Positions 1-13,249 of a DNA stretch of 64,000 nucleotides are shown in pieces. The first letter of the stretch is position 1. Each line of letters opens with the position of its first letter. A program made the position numbers and the translations under genes. Origin of the DNA: Stegostoma tigrinum. Taxonomy: Eukaryota. Under the pieces are notes generated by a model that worked only from the letters and a program-made list of their open reading frames with translations, did no database searches and was not told the origin of the DNA. The stretch spans positions 42,096,381-42,160,380 of the forward strand of contig NC_081379.1 of the NCBI RefSeq assembly GCF_030684315.1. Direction: 5' to 3'.

Positions 1-160
1 TTCCTGACAATTGACAGTGGTCATCATTAGACACTTAATTCCATTTTTTTTTGTTGAATTCAAATTCCACCGTTTTCCGTGGCTGGATTCGAACCCGTGT
101 CCGCAGAACATTATCTGCATCTCTAGATTAACAGCTCAGTGATAATGCCACTAGGCCATT
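1..160 (-). mobile_element. tRNA-derived SINE, 5' part (same family as 40035-40350)
   Basis: Reverse complement begins TGGCCTAGTGG (A box) ... GGGTTCGAATCC (B box), followed by ggtggaatttgaattcaa. Confidence 0.7.
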
Positions 161-221
161 CAGGAGGAAGTGGCTCTGAGAGTCCTCAACATTGACTGTT
201 CATCCTTCTACGCCTCACAAA

Positions 222-1090
222 AACATAGAAAATAGGAGCAGGAGTAGGCCATTAAATCTTTATGCCAACTGTGCTATTCATAGCATTGAAGCTAATCATT
301 CAATCCAATACCGTGTTCTCACTTTCATCCCATATCCTTTGATCCCTCTAGCCCTAAAAAGCTATATCTAACTCCTTAAAAACATTTAATATTTTGTTCT
401 CAGTCTCATTCTTTGACAGAGAATTCTACAGGCTCACCACTCTGAGTTTGACCTTAACTCAGCCCATAATGGCCTACTCTAGGTCCTTAAACTGTGGCCC
501 TCATTTCTGGACCCTTCGTCCTTGGGAATATCTTTTCTGCATTTACCCTGCTTAATCTTATGCGAATGAAATGAACATTTCTTTGAAAAGCCTCCTCATT
601 ATTCTAAACTCCAGTGAATGTATGCCTAACTGATTCAGTTTGTCTTTGTATGTCAGCCCTGCCATCCCAGGCGCCAGCCTGGTCGACCTTTGTTGCACTC
701 ACTCCGTAGCTAGAATATCTTTCCACAGATAAGTAGACCAAAACTGCACAAAATACTCCAGGTGTGATCTCACCCTATACTTGAATCCTGTCACTAACAG
801 ATCATTTGACTTCTTCACCGGCTGCACTTGCATGCTTACTTTCAGTGACCGGCATACAAGGACACCCAGGTCTCATTGCACTTCCCTCTTTCCCAAACGG
901 TTGCCATTTGGATAATAACCTGCTTCCTGTTTTTGCCACCAAAGTGGGTAACCTCACATTTATCGGCATTCTACTTCATCTACCATGTATTTGCCCACTC
1001 ATTTAACTTATCCAAATCACACTGAAGCACCTCTGCACCCTCCTCGCAGTTCATCCTCCCACCCAGCTTTGTTTTGTCTGCAAACATCTT
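222..1090 (-). mobile_element. CR1-type LINE, decayed 3' end
   Basis: Minus-strand FADKTKLGG...LQCDLDKLNEWANTW reverse transcriptase motif; CR1 tail (catagaaaataggagcaggagtaggccatt) at the left end. Confidence 0.85.
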
Positions 1091-1675
1091 CGTTCTGGAA
1101 CATGTGAGAACATTAGGCACCACAGGTTTTAAAGTCAGCCCTGGGTGGCGTTCCAAGTTTATGAAAATAAACAATTTTGTATTGTGATAGAAGACTAAGA
1201 TTTCACAGGATCTCCCAGCAAAACTCAGTCATTTCTCACAGTTCAGCAGTTTATCATCAAACATTGACACAGTAGTTTTCTGTACAGTGTAAAGAACTGA
1301 ATGACGCTGTAAACTTGTATATATGACCATTGTTTTTGATGATTTGGATTCATCCAGTGTACAAAAAGTACCCTACTGTCTCAAATACATCACCTTGCAA
1401 GGACATTAATCCTGTTTGAGAGCCAGTCCTATATGACATGTACATGTACCACGTATTCCAGAACTAGTTTCAGTGTCCCAAGAATCTAAAGCCCCTCTTC
1501 CAGCACCATCGCTTCAGCTGCAGATTTATATGCTGTTTCCATTCCATATCTGTACTTACTAATGTATGGCACTGGAAGTAATTTGGAGATCACTACTTTT
1601 TGAGATGCTGCTCTACCATTTCTTTGTTAGCTCCCTCAAAACTGCCTGCAGGAGGCTCTCATCTCAGTTTCCATC

Positions 1676-3681
1676 TACTGTGTATGCTGGAGTAAAAATG
1701 AATCTCATGTAAAGTCAACCCCCTATTTTTGGCTAAAAAATCTTGAATTTTCTATATATCTCCTGTGAACGTTGACCCTAGTTCTTCACAGCGGATCAAC
1801 ATTTGTGAGTCAATGTATTATCCTGAACAAAAATGTTGTGATGAGGAAATGATTGTTAAGGCTATATGAGAATCAATTGTGTAACTTATTTATTGGAGAT
1901 AAAAGCTTGCAATGTTACTTTGAAAAACTAAACAACAATTGACAAGAGAAAATGGAGGGAATTGGAAGAATTTGGCATGTTAGTTTAAGTTGCATCAAGT
2001 CAGTGTCAGGTATTTGTGGAATACAGTCATGTATCTAGCTGAGGTTTTGAAATTTCTTCTTCTTTTTGTGTAAAAATGTCCTTAAGAGAAAACAAAAAAT
2101 ATACAGCAGCGTTTACACTGAAAGTCATTGAAGTTGCAGAGAAGGCAAATAACTGTCGCAGCAAGAGAATTTTGTGTTTCGGAGAAACTTGTGTGAGCTG
2201 GAGAAAGCTATTGAACCAACTTCAGACAATGCCAAAATGAAAGTGAGCCAACAGAGGTAAATCTAGCAAGGGGCCTCAACTGGAGAAAAAAAGTTGCTGA
2301 GCTGATACTTGAAAATCGTCACATTGGAAAATTTGTTAGTCATGAAGCCACCTGAATCCATGCACGAAATGAATCAAAGAAGGATGGATTTTTGGATTTT
2401 AAGACGAGTGCTGGATGGTGTACGAGGTTCATGAGAAGGCATGACTTAGTGCTTTGGCAGATAACTAAGATTGAACAAAAGCTGCTTGTTGAACTCATAG
2501 CTAAGATTTTACAGTTCTACCAGTTGTAAATCAGAAATCAGCAGAAGGAAGGCTACAAGTCCATACATTGGAAGCATGGACAAACTGCCTATTACTCTCC
2601 ACATGCCGGAGAATCAAACTATGAGCCAAAAAGGAGAAAAGCAGTATTGGTGAAAAGTACTGGCCATGAGAAAAGTAGGATTACTTTAGTTCTTTCTTGT
2701 ATGGCTGATGGCACGGGGTTAAAACCGATGTCTGTTTTTAAGAGAAAAACTTTGCCAAAGGAGAAATTTCCAAACAGAATTGTTGACCGTATGCATCCAA
2801 AAAACTGGATGGACAAAGATGGAGAGAGAATGGATAAAGGAAGTTTGAAATTTATGACCTGGTGGACTATGAAAGGAAAAGAGTTTGCTCATCTGGGACC
2901 AGTTTAGACCACATCTCGTGAAGAATGTTGTGATCACATAACACTGACATAACTGTAATTGCTGGCAAACTTACAAGTGTTTTCCAACCAGCAGATGTTA
3001 GCATAAATAAGCCTTTTAAGGACATGATGTGAATGAAGTGGACAAACTGGATGTGTGATGGAGAAAAAACATACACAAATGGAGGCTCCATCACTGCCAC
3101 TGATGTGTGAATGGATCATTGATTCGTGGAAAGAAATAAAAGCTGACACTATTTTTAAATCATTCCAAGAAATGTGAAATTTTGAATGCTTTAGACGGTG
3201 CAGAGGACAGTTATCTATGGGATGACATAGATGAAGAAGTGGATGATGTGCTACTTCTAACTACAGACAGTGAAGATGAAGAGAATCCATGTGATGATAG
3301 CATTCATCCTAATGATTATGAAGCTTTGTTTGGTGCTGAAGATATTGAACATATGTGGCCTTGCAGGATTTTAATGAACTTTTGTATTTGACATATTTAA
3401 GATGCACCATGTAACTGTAATTTAAAGCCATATTATATTTCTGCTTCACTTTTTGTATGTATAAATAAAAGCTTACTAATTCATTTCTGTTTCTGTTGTC
3501 TTTATCTGGTAATTACTGTAATTCGTGGTGTCTTTATTTGTTCATTTTGAGATCAACGGTAATTTGGACTGTGGCGTGAATTTCAGCCCCTCAAAAGTGG
3601 TATCCATATAATAGTCGACCCCATAAATTTAACCTTAAAGCATAGTCTAAAAATTCAACTCTTGCACAAGTAAATGTGCTA
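1676..3681 (+). mobile_element. Decayed pogo/Tigger DNA transposon with POGK-like transposase, nested in a CR1 ORF1 remnant
   Basis: TA at both ends with degenerate TIRs (TACTGTGTATGCTGGAGTAAAA / TTCAACTCTTGCACAAGTAAATGTGCTA); frameshifted transposase from ATG 2076 (MSLRENKKYTAAFTLKVIEVAEK, VKSTGHEKSRITLVLSCMADG, LIWDQFRPH, QPADVSINKPFK, acidic tail). Confidence 0.88.
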
Positions 3682-4295
3682 TGTTGTCAGTACTGATATA
3701 CATATCAATACAGTGGCTACTGGCTGTTCATCATCAGTGATCTGAAGCCACTCAGTGACATCCTAGATCATGGCACCAGGGAAACAACTTACAGTCCTAG
3801 ATTCATGCCTTCAAAAATCCCAGTCTGTTTCCTGAATTATAGAATTCTTTTATCCTATTGCTTTCTCCTAACTTGTGTACAACGACGCCTGCTGAGAATG
3901 GGGAATGAAAGTGAACCCAGTTGAAATGCTAGGGCAGAATCTCCTCTTCTGTGCATTATAGATAAGTATTGCTGCTTTAATCAGTCTCATTTCTGTGGGT
4001 CTTGTCCTGTGCACATCGTGGGTTGAGTACCTTATAAAGCATAGTATTAGAGTGTTCAACTCTTCTAACAGATGCCAAAACTTTTCTTGATTATTTTGAA
4101 AAGAATATTAAGTGAATGTCCCACTCGTCAAAATGAGCAATGGTGACAGCGTATGGAATTTTTTTCTCTGCTTTTTTTTACTGTCAACATAAAGCACTTC
4201 CATATCAGAAACGGTATGGGCTAAGCGTCATTTCTAATTCCTGAATAGTATTTTCATGTTTGAAATGCTGAGATGTCGCCTTCTTTGTCACGTAG

Positions 4296-4465
4296 GTCAC
4301 GTGCAGGATGTCTTGCTGATAATGGATGTTTACAAGCTTGCCTTGAGCTTTCATCTGGCTCGGCTAGAACAGCTGTGCCTGCAGTACATTGAGGCTTCCG
4401 TAGACCTTCAAAACGTGCTCACTGTATGTGAGAATGCCAATAAACTGCAGCTGGACCAACTAAAG
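4296..4465 (+). CDS. LZTR1: LZTR1 coding exon (170 bp; matches human exon 15), BTB1/BACK region
   Basis: tag|GT CAC ... CTA AAG|gtatgt; encodes (G)[56 protein letters not shown], recognisably LZTR1. Confidence 0.96.
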
Positions 4466-4917
4466 GTATGTACACCGCTCTGAGAGGACAAAATGACCAA
4501 ATACCTTTAACTAAGAATGCTGTTTACAATCAGTGTTCCTATCACAGAGGTAACCTCTTTAAACCACACATTGCATTCTGTTTGAGCTACTTGGCAAATA
4601 CTGAGCTACTGCCCAACTGCGAAATTAATACCATCGCTGTTCAATTAATTAGCTTCTGAACAAGCTGCGTAGTGATTAACTTCATAGCTGAATCAGAGAC
4701 TGCTTGATGATAGCACTTGTTGCCAAAAGTAGAAAGGTGCCCCATTCCTAAATGCTGACTTCATTTTCCTTGGATGTGTAGCATGCATTTTCTGGAGCAG
4801 TTCTGTTCTTGCATTTGGTAGCTTTAGAAGTGGAAGAAGTGGTGCTTCCCACTCATTCACCAAAATGAAAGAATTTTGAGAGAAACTGGAATGATTTTAG
4901 TTCTTCTTCTGTTTCAG

Positions 4918-5074
4918 GAATACTGCCTAAATTTTGTGGTCAAAGAATCTCACTTTAACCAGGTGATAATGACCAAAGAGTTTGAGTATCTTTCACCCTG
5001 CTTAATTGTGGAGATTGTAAGAAGAAAGCATCAGCCTCCGACACGGGTAAATTCCGATCAGCCTGTTGATATAG
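4918..5074 (+). CDS. LZTR1: LZTR1 coding exon (157 bp; human exon 16 equivalent)
   Basis: tttcag|GAA ... ATA G|gtaatt; [52 protein letters not shown](G); phases fit neighbouring exons. Confidence 0.96.
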
Positions 5075-5144
5075 GTAATTAGTGTGAAATGAACATTACT
5101 TAAACTAGTACAAGGAATTATTCTGTGTGAAGCAAATATACTGA

Positions 5145-5360
5145 ACCAAAAGCAGAAATGCTGGAGGACCTCAGCAGGTCTGGCAGCATCTGTGGAGAGA
5201 AATCAGAGTTAATGTTTTGGGTCCAGTGACCCTCTTTCAGAGTTCTAAAGAAGGGTTACTGGTCCCAAAACATTAACAATGATTTCTCGCCACAGATGCT
5301 GCCAGCCCTGCTGAGATTTTCCAGCAATTTCTACTTTTGTTTCTGGTTTCCAGCATTAAA
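5145..5360. mobile_element. Fold-back mini-PLE with two back-to-back degenerate hammerhead motifs
   Basis: Arms gctgg..ctcagcaggtctggcagcatctgtggagaga / tctcgccacagatgctgccagccctgctgag..ccagc are reverse complements around a centre at ~5240. Confidence 0.8.
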
Positions 5361-5569
5361 AATTCTGACTTTTTTTTATACTTGTTTTGGTTAACCACTT
5401 CTGTGAAGATGTCTAAAACATTCCCAAGCTACTGCTTTCTGAGGCCTGTTGGTATAAACCAACTGTTTATTTTGCAATGGTGAGGTAGTTCTCGATATTT
5501 CTTCCTGAAGGTCCAATTTGTGTCTCACACACTCTTTAGGTTGGATGAACTTGGTTTGGCCCCAAATTT

Positions 5570-5800
5570 ACCTTTGACCACTCCTTTGTCTATCCAACTG
5601 TTTCTCCCTCTCTTTGAGCTCAACCTCCACCTATCTTTTACCCATTTCCCCACCCCATCTTCTGTTTAAACGCAATCCTTTTCCTAGCTACCGTTAGTTC
5701 TGAAGAAGGGTCACTGGACCCGAAATGTTAACTCTGATGTTTCTCCACAGATGCTACCACGCTTGTTGAGCTTTTCCAGCGATTTCTGTTTTTGTTTTGA
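5570..5800 (+). mobile_element. PLE 3' end (pseudo-LTR) fragment
   Basis: Pyrimidine-rich leader, then hammerhead core, then acagatgct..cttttccagc tail; homologous to the minus-strand copy at 41600-41800. Confidence 0.8.
5696..5733 (+). ncRNA. Minimal type I hammerhead ribozyme motif
   Basis: AGUU-CUGAAGA-A-GGGUC(ACUG)GACCC-GAAA-UG-UU-AACU: conserved core, 5-bp stem II, stem I AGUU/AACU. Confidence 0.7.
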
Positions 5801-6190
5801 ATAGACTGAGGTTATTTTTCATTGCAAAATCAAAGATTGAGGGGCTCACTAATTAGGGGTCATGAAGATAATGACAGAGTTTGATAGGGTCAGCAAGGAG
5901 TGGAAGTGCCTATATGTGACTGGGATAGACCAGAATAAATATAAGCAGTAATCACTAAGAAATTTAAGAGAAGCAACTTTACCTAGAGAGTGGTTATGTT
6001 GTGATAATTGTTACCACAAGGACTAGTTGAGGCGAATATATTAAATACATTCAGAGAAGAGCCAAATACACATGAGGGAAAATAGACATTTGTGTTGATG
6101 GCTGTGGTTAAAGAGTAGGAGGAGGCTGAGACGGTGCATTAATAGCATAGATCTGTAGGTTTGAATGGCCTGCTTGAATGCTGTAATTCC
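5800..6190 (+). mobile_element. Highly decayed CR1 3' end
   Basis: agattgagggg...tttgatagggt...tttacctagagagtggtta...gaatggcctg, the usual order of CR1 3' motifs. Confidence 0.6.
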
Positions 6191-6429
6191 TATCTTAGAT
6201 CATGGAATAGAAGATAATTTTACTTTTTGACATTAAACTTGATGTTTAGGATTACAGTTGGCATATATGTTGATCCTGCTTTACTTCAAAAAAAATGCAG
6301 TACTTGAATTTAGAGTTGATCGTCATTTTCATCGCAAATGCACATTTTACTCACCTTTATAAGCAAGCATATGGAATTAAGTCAGTGAACTGGACTGCAT
6401 TGCCAAGATGGTGTGTGGGGATTTACAAT

Positions 6430-7440
6430 ACACCAAGCAAGGAATGGACTTGCTGGCAAAAAAAATGAAATATGAAGGTGGTGTCAAGCTAAAAGACATA
6501 ACATTTACTTACTCATCAAATAACCATGCTACAGCAAGGGAACTCACTGTTGTATAAATCAGAAAGAATCACATCAAAGAAGATTCTCCAGACCAAATGA
6601 ATCATGAGAACATGTATGCACTTAAATCAACCAAAAACAATGAGCCCAACAAAGTTGGTGTAGCCCCTTTATGGAATGAAATGTTTGCAGCAGAAGACCT
6701 AAAGACCTTATTGCCAAAATGACCGGTTTGTTATCAGACGACAAAAATATCTCTCTCCTTCAGGTCAATCAGCAATCTGGATGAAGTCTCTATGAATTTT
6801 GATGAACCTGGAAACTAAACTGTGGATTTGAAATGTTCGAAAATAGTTCGAGTTTTATTGTAAACCACAGGATATGAAAAAATGAGATTAAAGACAATAC
6901 TAGCCTGCATGCTCAATAGCAATTTTCAAGTATAAAGCATGCCTAAGATCAGGTTCTGTGCTGGATCTTTTGTGCACGCCTATGACCAGAGTTAGATGGA
7001 TACGAATGAAGTGAAGTTATGGTTTGATAATGTATGGAATGTGTATCCTAGTGGCCTGAGTAAGGAATCTGGATTATTAGCATGAGGCATTTTCAGATGC
7101 CAGATAACCAATAAGGTCACCGGGCACCTGCAATGACATAACACTCCAATTGATCTTATATGAGAAGCTTTAAAGTTTTCATTTCAATCTTGGAAAAGTG
7201 CATCAGCATGCCATTCAGAAACAACGTTCATGCTGAATTGAATATGTGAATGGTTGACAGAAAAATACCTTTGCAAAAAATGGAAATCCGCGCACTGTAC
7301 CACTTGATGTTTTGTGTGCTTTCGTCATCAAACTTGGGATGCTGTCAATTACAAATTGTATCAGATCATTCAAGAAAAGGGTAACTGCAACAGTGTGCCA
7401 AATCTGATCCAGAATGGGATCCTGATGATGGTCAAAACTA
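6430..7440 (+). mobile_element. Second, more decayed pogo/POGK-like transposase relic
   Basis: Fragments such as KKMKYEGGVKLK, ISNLDEVSMNFDEPGN*TVD, TTGYEKMR, LACMLN, collinear with the 1676-3681 element. Confidence 0.7.
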
Positions 7441-7677
7441 AGTCAAAACTAAAATGTGCAACTGATTAAAATTGATTCTTTTTTCTGCATTTCAAAATGG
7501 TGACCACGAATACACACCAACACCAGCATTTGGAAGATGTTTTCAGTGTTTCAAGGGTTGACTTGAATTCTGTAGTATGCAGCAAATATTAGTCTTGCTG
7601 TGTCTTTCCAATGTATATCAAGAAACGTAAGTGCTCGTGATTGATTATATACTCTGTCAGTCGAAGGGAATTTTTAA

Positions 7678-7893
<216 letters not shown>

Positions 7894-9499
7894 TAACACC
7901 TCCACCCATTGCTTTGCAGGTGCCTGCTAAACTTTCTCTTGGTAAGTTAGATGATGCTCAGAGCTGAGGTCATTGCATTTGTCTTACTGGTGTCTTAAAT
8001 ATATAGAAACATGGAAATTAGGAACAGAGCAGGCTATTTGGCCCATCAAGCCTGTCCTGTCAGTGAAAATCTCGACCCCCGGTGGGGTGTCTCGATTCCG
8101 CAATCGGTTGATGAACACTCGCAATCGGTCTGGCTGTTTAAGACTGTACTCTTTTTTTTATTTCTTTATACAGCCGGGTACAGATCATCTGGAAACGCAG
8201 AAGTTGAGCACTTCCATATTCCTCAGAGGAGCTGCACACACAACTTAATACAAAAACATTTTTATACTTTTCTTAAAGCAGGGTACATGGCGTGATCGCA
8301 TGGTATATTCAAACAATTACCAATCAATACATGATATTGCTTCATTGACAGTTACTTAATCCAATAATATTAACTGGTAAACAACTTACGTCACAGCGCT
8401 TAGGTTACTTTTTATCTCATCACATAGTGCTGCAACATTGGCACTCGAAGGTCAGTTAGAACGGTTAGTACTGCATTATCTTATCAAGTTACCTCTGTAT
8501 TCTAAAGGGCACATTGTCTGCTAATCTTTCTTTGCAACAGTCTGAGGGTTAGTTATTTATGCAGCTCTAGCAGAATTAGTTCCCAGGCTAGAAGCCATTT
8601 TTGTTGTGCTAACTTGCATCAAGAAGTCATCTTTTTGCCGTCTAAGTTACCAAGAGCTTTCGGCAGTTGCTCCTAGTTGCAACTAGTCACGCAGGCGCAG
8701 GTCATGAGCCTCCATATCCTAGCCTAGGCTGTATCCAAGTTTCAGACTCTCATCAGTTGCTCACTATGTCTGTGGCATGATATTTTAACCTGTTTGTATC
8801 TCCAGAAGAAAGATGAAACTTCAAATGGATAGTTTAATCTTCACTCAGAACTGGGCTCAATCCTCCTTTGCTATTTATCACATTTTAAGAAGTCTTTGTT
8901 AAATGCATGCATATATAATTGGGAACTTTTTCCACTGCTTTGTTTATCAAATGTCTCAGCAACTCGGTGGGATTATGTAAACGAAAAATTTTGGCATACT
9001 GTTGTAATTGTACATTTCTATTCAACATATTATTCAAAGGTATAAGTCGCAGAAAAGTGAAACGCAAAGTCCATCTCACTCTAACTTTATTTTGCATATT
9101 GTTTACGTTACAAGAAAAATAATGTGGCTTAAATCTGATCAACTAAGGTACTAACATTGAATCAAATCTTTCGACGTTGGGATCATCTTGATATGTAACC
9201 AAAGGAGTCAGTGGAAGTGTGGACCCACATGGCAGTTGTTCAGGAAGTTCCAATGGGCATTTCCCTGATTCCGGGACTCTCCATAAGCGTCTCCAAGCTA
9301 GGGTCAGAACCTTTAAGCTTTGATCAGGAATTACTCAGTTAGCAGGAAATGTTGGCCAGATCTAACATCTGGGTAGCTAGACACAATGCACCTCCCACCC
9401 AACACTATGATTCCTAGCAACCACATAACTACCATTTGAACCACCCAACCATCCTTGTGAGCCAACCTAACTACTGTTGTATCCACTCGCTACCCCTGT

Positions 9500-9665
9500 A
9501 ATGTCCTTTAAGGACGGAAGCTGCCATTCTTAACTGGTCTGGCTTACATGTCACTCCAGACCCACAGCAATGTGGTTGACTCTGAACTGCCCTCTGGGCA
9601 GTTAGGAATGGGCAATAAATGCTACCTACCAAGCAACGCCCTCATCCCGCTAATGAATTAAAAAC
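9500..9665 (+). mobile_element. SINE 3' half (family of 40035 and 48470)
   Basis: ctgccattcttaactggtctggc..cacagcaatgtggttgactct..gggcaataaatgct tail. Confidence 0.7.
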
Positions 9666-10457
9666 TCTTCATATTTGCCTACTTTGCACATCTACTGCCC
9701 TACCCTATCTCCTCCCTCACCCATTCACTAATATTCAAAGACTGGAAGGTCCAACTTTAGGAAATATGCTCAAATCGTAAGAAGTGATCATCTTTAAGAT
9801 GAAGGGCACCTGGATTGCGGAATCGACAGAATCTACAGTTTATGCACTTGGAAGCAAATTAAAATGATTTGGAGGTGTGAGGAGCAGGAAACTTTTTTTT
9901 TAATAATTCACTTGAACAGTATTTTGTGTTCAAAAAAGTCAAATTCCAAGAACTGTTGCAGTAGTTAGTCTCTGCTTACCATATGTGGCCATTTTCTTTG
10001 TACATTGACGTCACTCTGTTCAGGTTATGGGTAGTCAGTTTTTAAAGAGTCGCTAGTACAGGTTTCTTTTTCTGTCTTTCTTCACTAAAGAACATTGTCC
10101 TGTTCTTCAGTGTTCCTGTGGCATGCAGGTCACAATTTTAAATCTTGCGACTGCAACATTCTAGAAGCTGGAGTGGTTCAATTAGATTGCTGACAAGTTG
10201 GGAGGGAGACTCCAGAGAAAAGCTGTCTTTGTGGTATCCCAAGCATGGAATTGTTTCTGCAGCATCGGTGAAAAATGATGAGGGACAGTGACTGAAGCAG
10301 TTGTGGGATTCTGAACAACTTGTTTCTGTAATTTGGGACTGGAGTGGCACAAATTATATAAATGTACGCGTAGATTGGTGCAGACATACGCACATTTCAT
10401 TATTTTGTGTTTATTTTTTAATTTGTGAACCTCATATAAAACAAACTGCTTTGAATA

Positions 10458-10561
10458 TTTCTTTTTCCTGAGGAAGGGTCTCGACCCGAAACATCAACTA
10501 TACCGCTGCTCTGATGCTGGTTGGCCTGCTGCGTTCATCCAGCTTCACACCATGTTATCTC
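10458..10561 (+). mobile_element. ~100 bp PLE-derived insertion with hammerhead-like core and 12-bp TSD
   Basis: CTGCTTTGAATA at 10446-10457 and 10562-10573; CUGAGGA-A-GGGUC(UC)GACCC-GAAA at 10468-10491. Confidence 0.8.
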
Positions 10562-10922
10562 CTGCTTTGAATAATGTACTGTTTGTTACTGGGGAGTAAT
10601 GGTCTTGGCCTGAATCTCCATTCTTTCCCCAAAAATGTATTGCCAAGCTAACCATGCAGCTGTAGTAATGAATCCAGCATGTACAGATTTATAAAAGGAA
10701 ACAAATGGAGATCCACTAAAATAAAAATGCAGTTAACAGTGAGCTTTATAATATTAGTCATAAAGTCCCAACCTCCTCAAAAATATACATTTTGTATATT
10801 ACTTGCCTCCAGTGATTGTACCAGTGATTTTACCTTTGAACTGAATTCTCAAAGATGCTTGGATTGCTGTGCTTGAACACAATGATTCTACTGTTGACCT
10901 TGAAATTTCAAATAAAACAGCT

Positions 10923-11280
10923 GCAGTACCACGTGGCTCAGTGGTTGACACTACTGCCTCACAGTGCCAGGGACCCAGGTTTGATTCCAGCCTTGTGCAA
11001 ACTCCGCACAGGCAGTTACCCATTCTCCCCGTATCTGCATGGGTTTCCTCAGGGTGTTCCAGTTTCTTCCCACAGTCCAGAAATGTGCAGGCTGGGCGGA
11101 CTTGGCCGTGCTAAATTGCATGTTGTTGTGCCCAGGGTTGTGCAGACTAGGTGGCCTAACTATGGTAAGTGTGGGGTTATAGGGTAGGGGGCTGGATCTG
11201 TGTGGGATGCTCTTTAGAGGGTCAGTGCACGCTCGATGGGCCAAATGGCCTGCTTCCACACTGTAAGAATTCTATTCTAT
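10923..11280 (+). mobile_element. HE1-type shark SINE
   Basis: GTGGCTCAGTGG A box, B-box-like GGTTTGATTCC, V-SINE core (ccattctccccgtatctgcatgggtttcctc), CR1-derived tail ending (attct)n. Confidence 0.85.
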
Positions 11281-11500
11281 ATTTAGGAACACACTGTTAA
11301 AACATAACCAAACACACAATTCAGATTTAATAAAGTTGTGTCAAAATTAGCTATTTCATATTCTCAATGACAGAATTAAAGCATTGGAGATTTTGTAAAT
11401 TAAACAGCAAGTTAAAACATATACTAGCAGATTGGATTTGATTTATTTATTGTGTTATATATGAAACTTTTGACCTGACACTGAATGTACAGATATATAA

Positions 11501-12920
<1,420 letters not shown>

Positions 12921-13026
12921 ATATTTGTTTTCAGCACCTTATTATTACGGCTTCACAAACAACAGACTACAAGCATACTGTAAGCAGAACCTGGAGATGA
13001 ATGTAACAGTGGAAAATGTTTTGCAG
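12921..13026 (+). CDS. LZTR1: LZTR1 coding exon (106 bp; human exon 19 equivalent)
   Basis: gccag|A TAT TTG ... TTG CAG|gtaact; [35 protein letters not shown]. Confidence 0.96.
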
Positions 13027-13249
13027 GTAACTTGCCCTTTCTACTTTCACTGTGTAATCTATCATGTCCTGGTTGGACTATTGTACAGCTTTAGATGAAA
13101 ATCCAAATGGATATTTTTGTTGAGAATATTGAAAATGAGAAGTGTTCTTACCATCTCATTGCCCATGTAATTTGGAACTTTGTCTCTTTATTTAAGAGAG
13201 AACGAGTTATTTGTGTCTCCTAGCAGTTCTCCTATCTATACTGCCATTG

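Noticed and set aside
2076-3391. Domesticated, intact pogo-derived gene
   Set aside because: Multiple frameshifts and stop codons throughout the transposase
10923-11000. tRNA genes at A/B-box sequences (also 15952, 31150, 40035)
   Set aside because: They are SINE heads continuing into SINE bodies, with no complete cloverleaf
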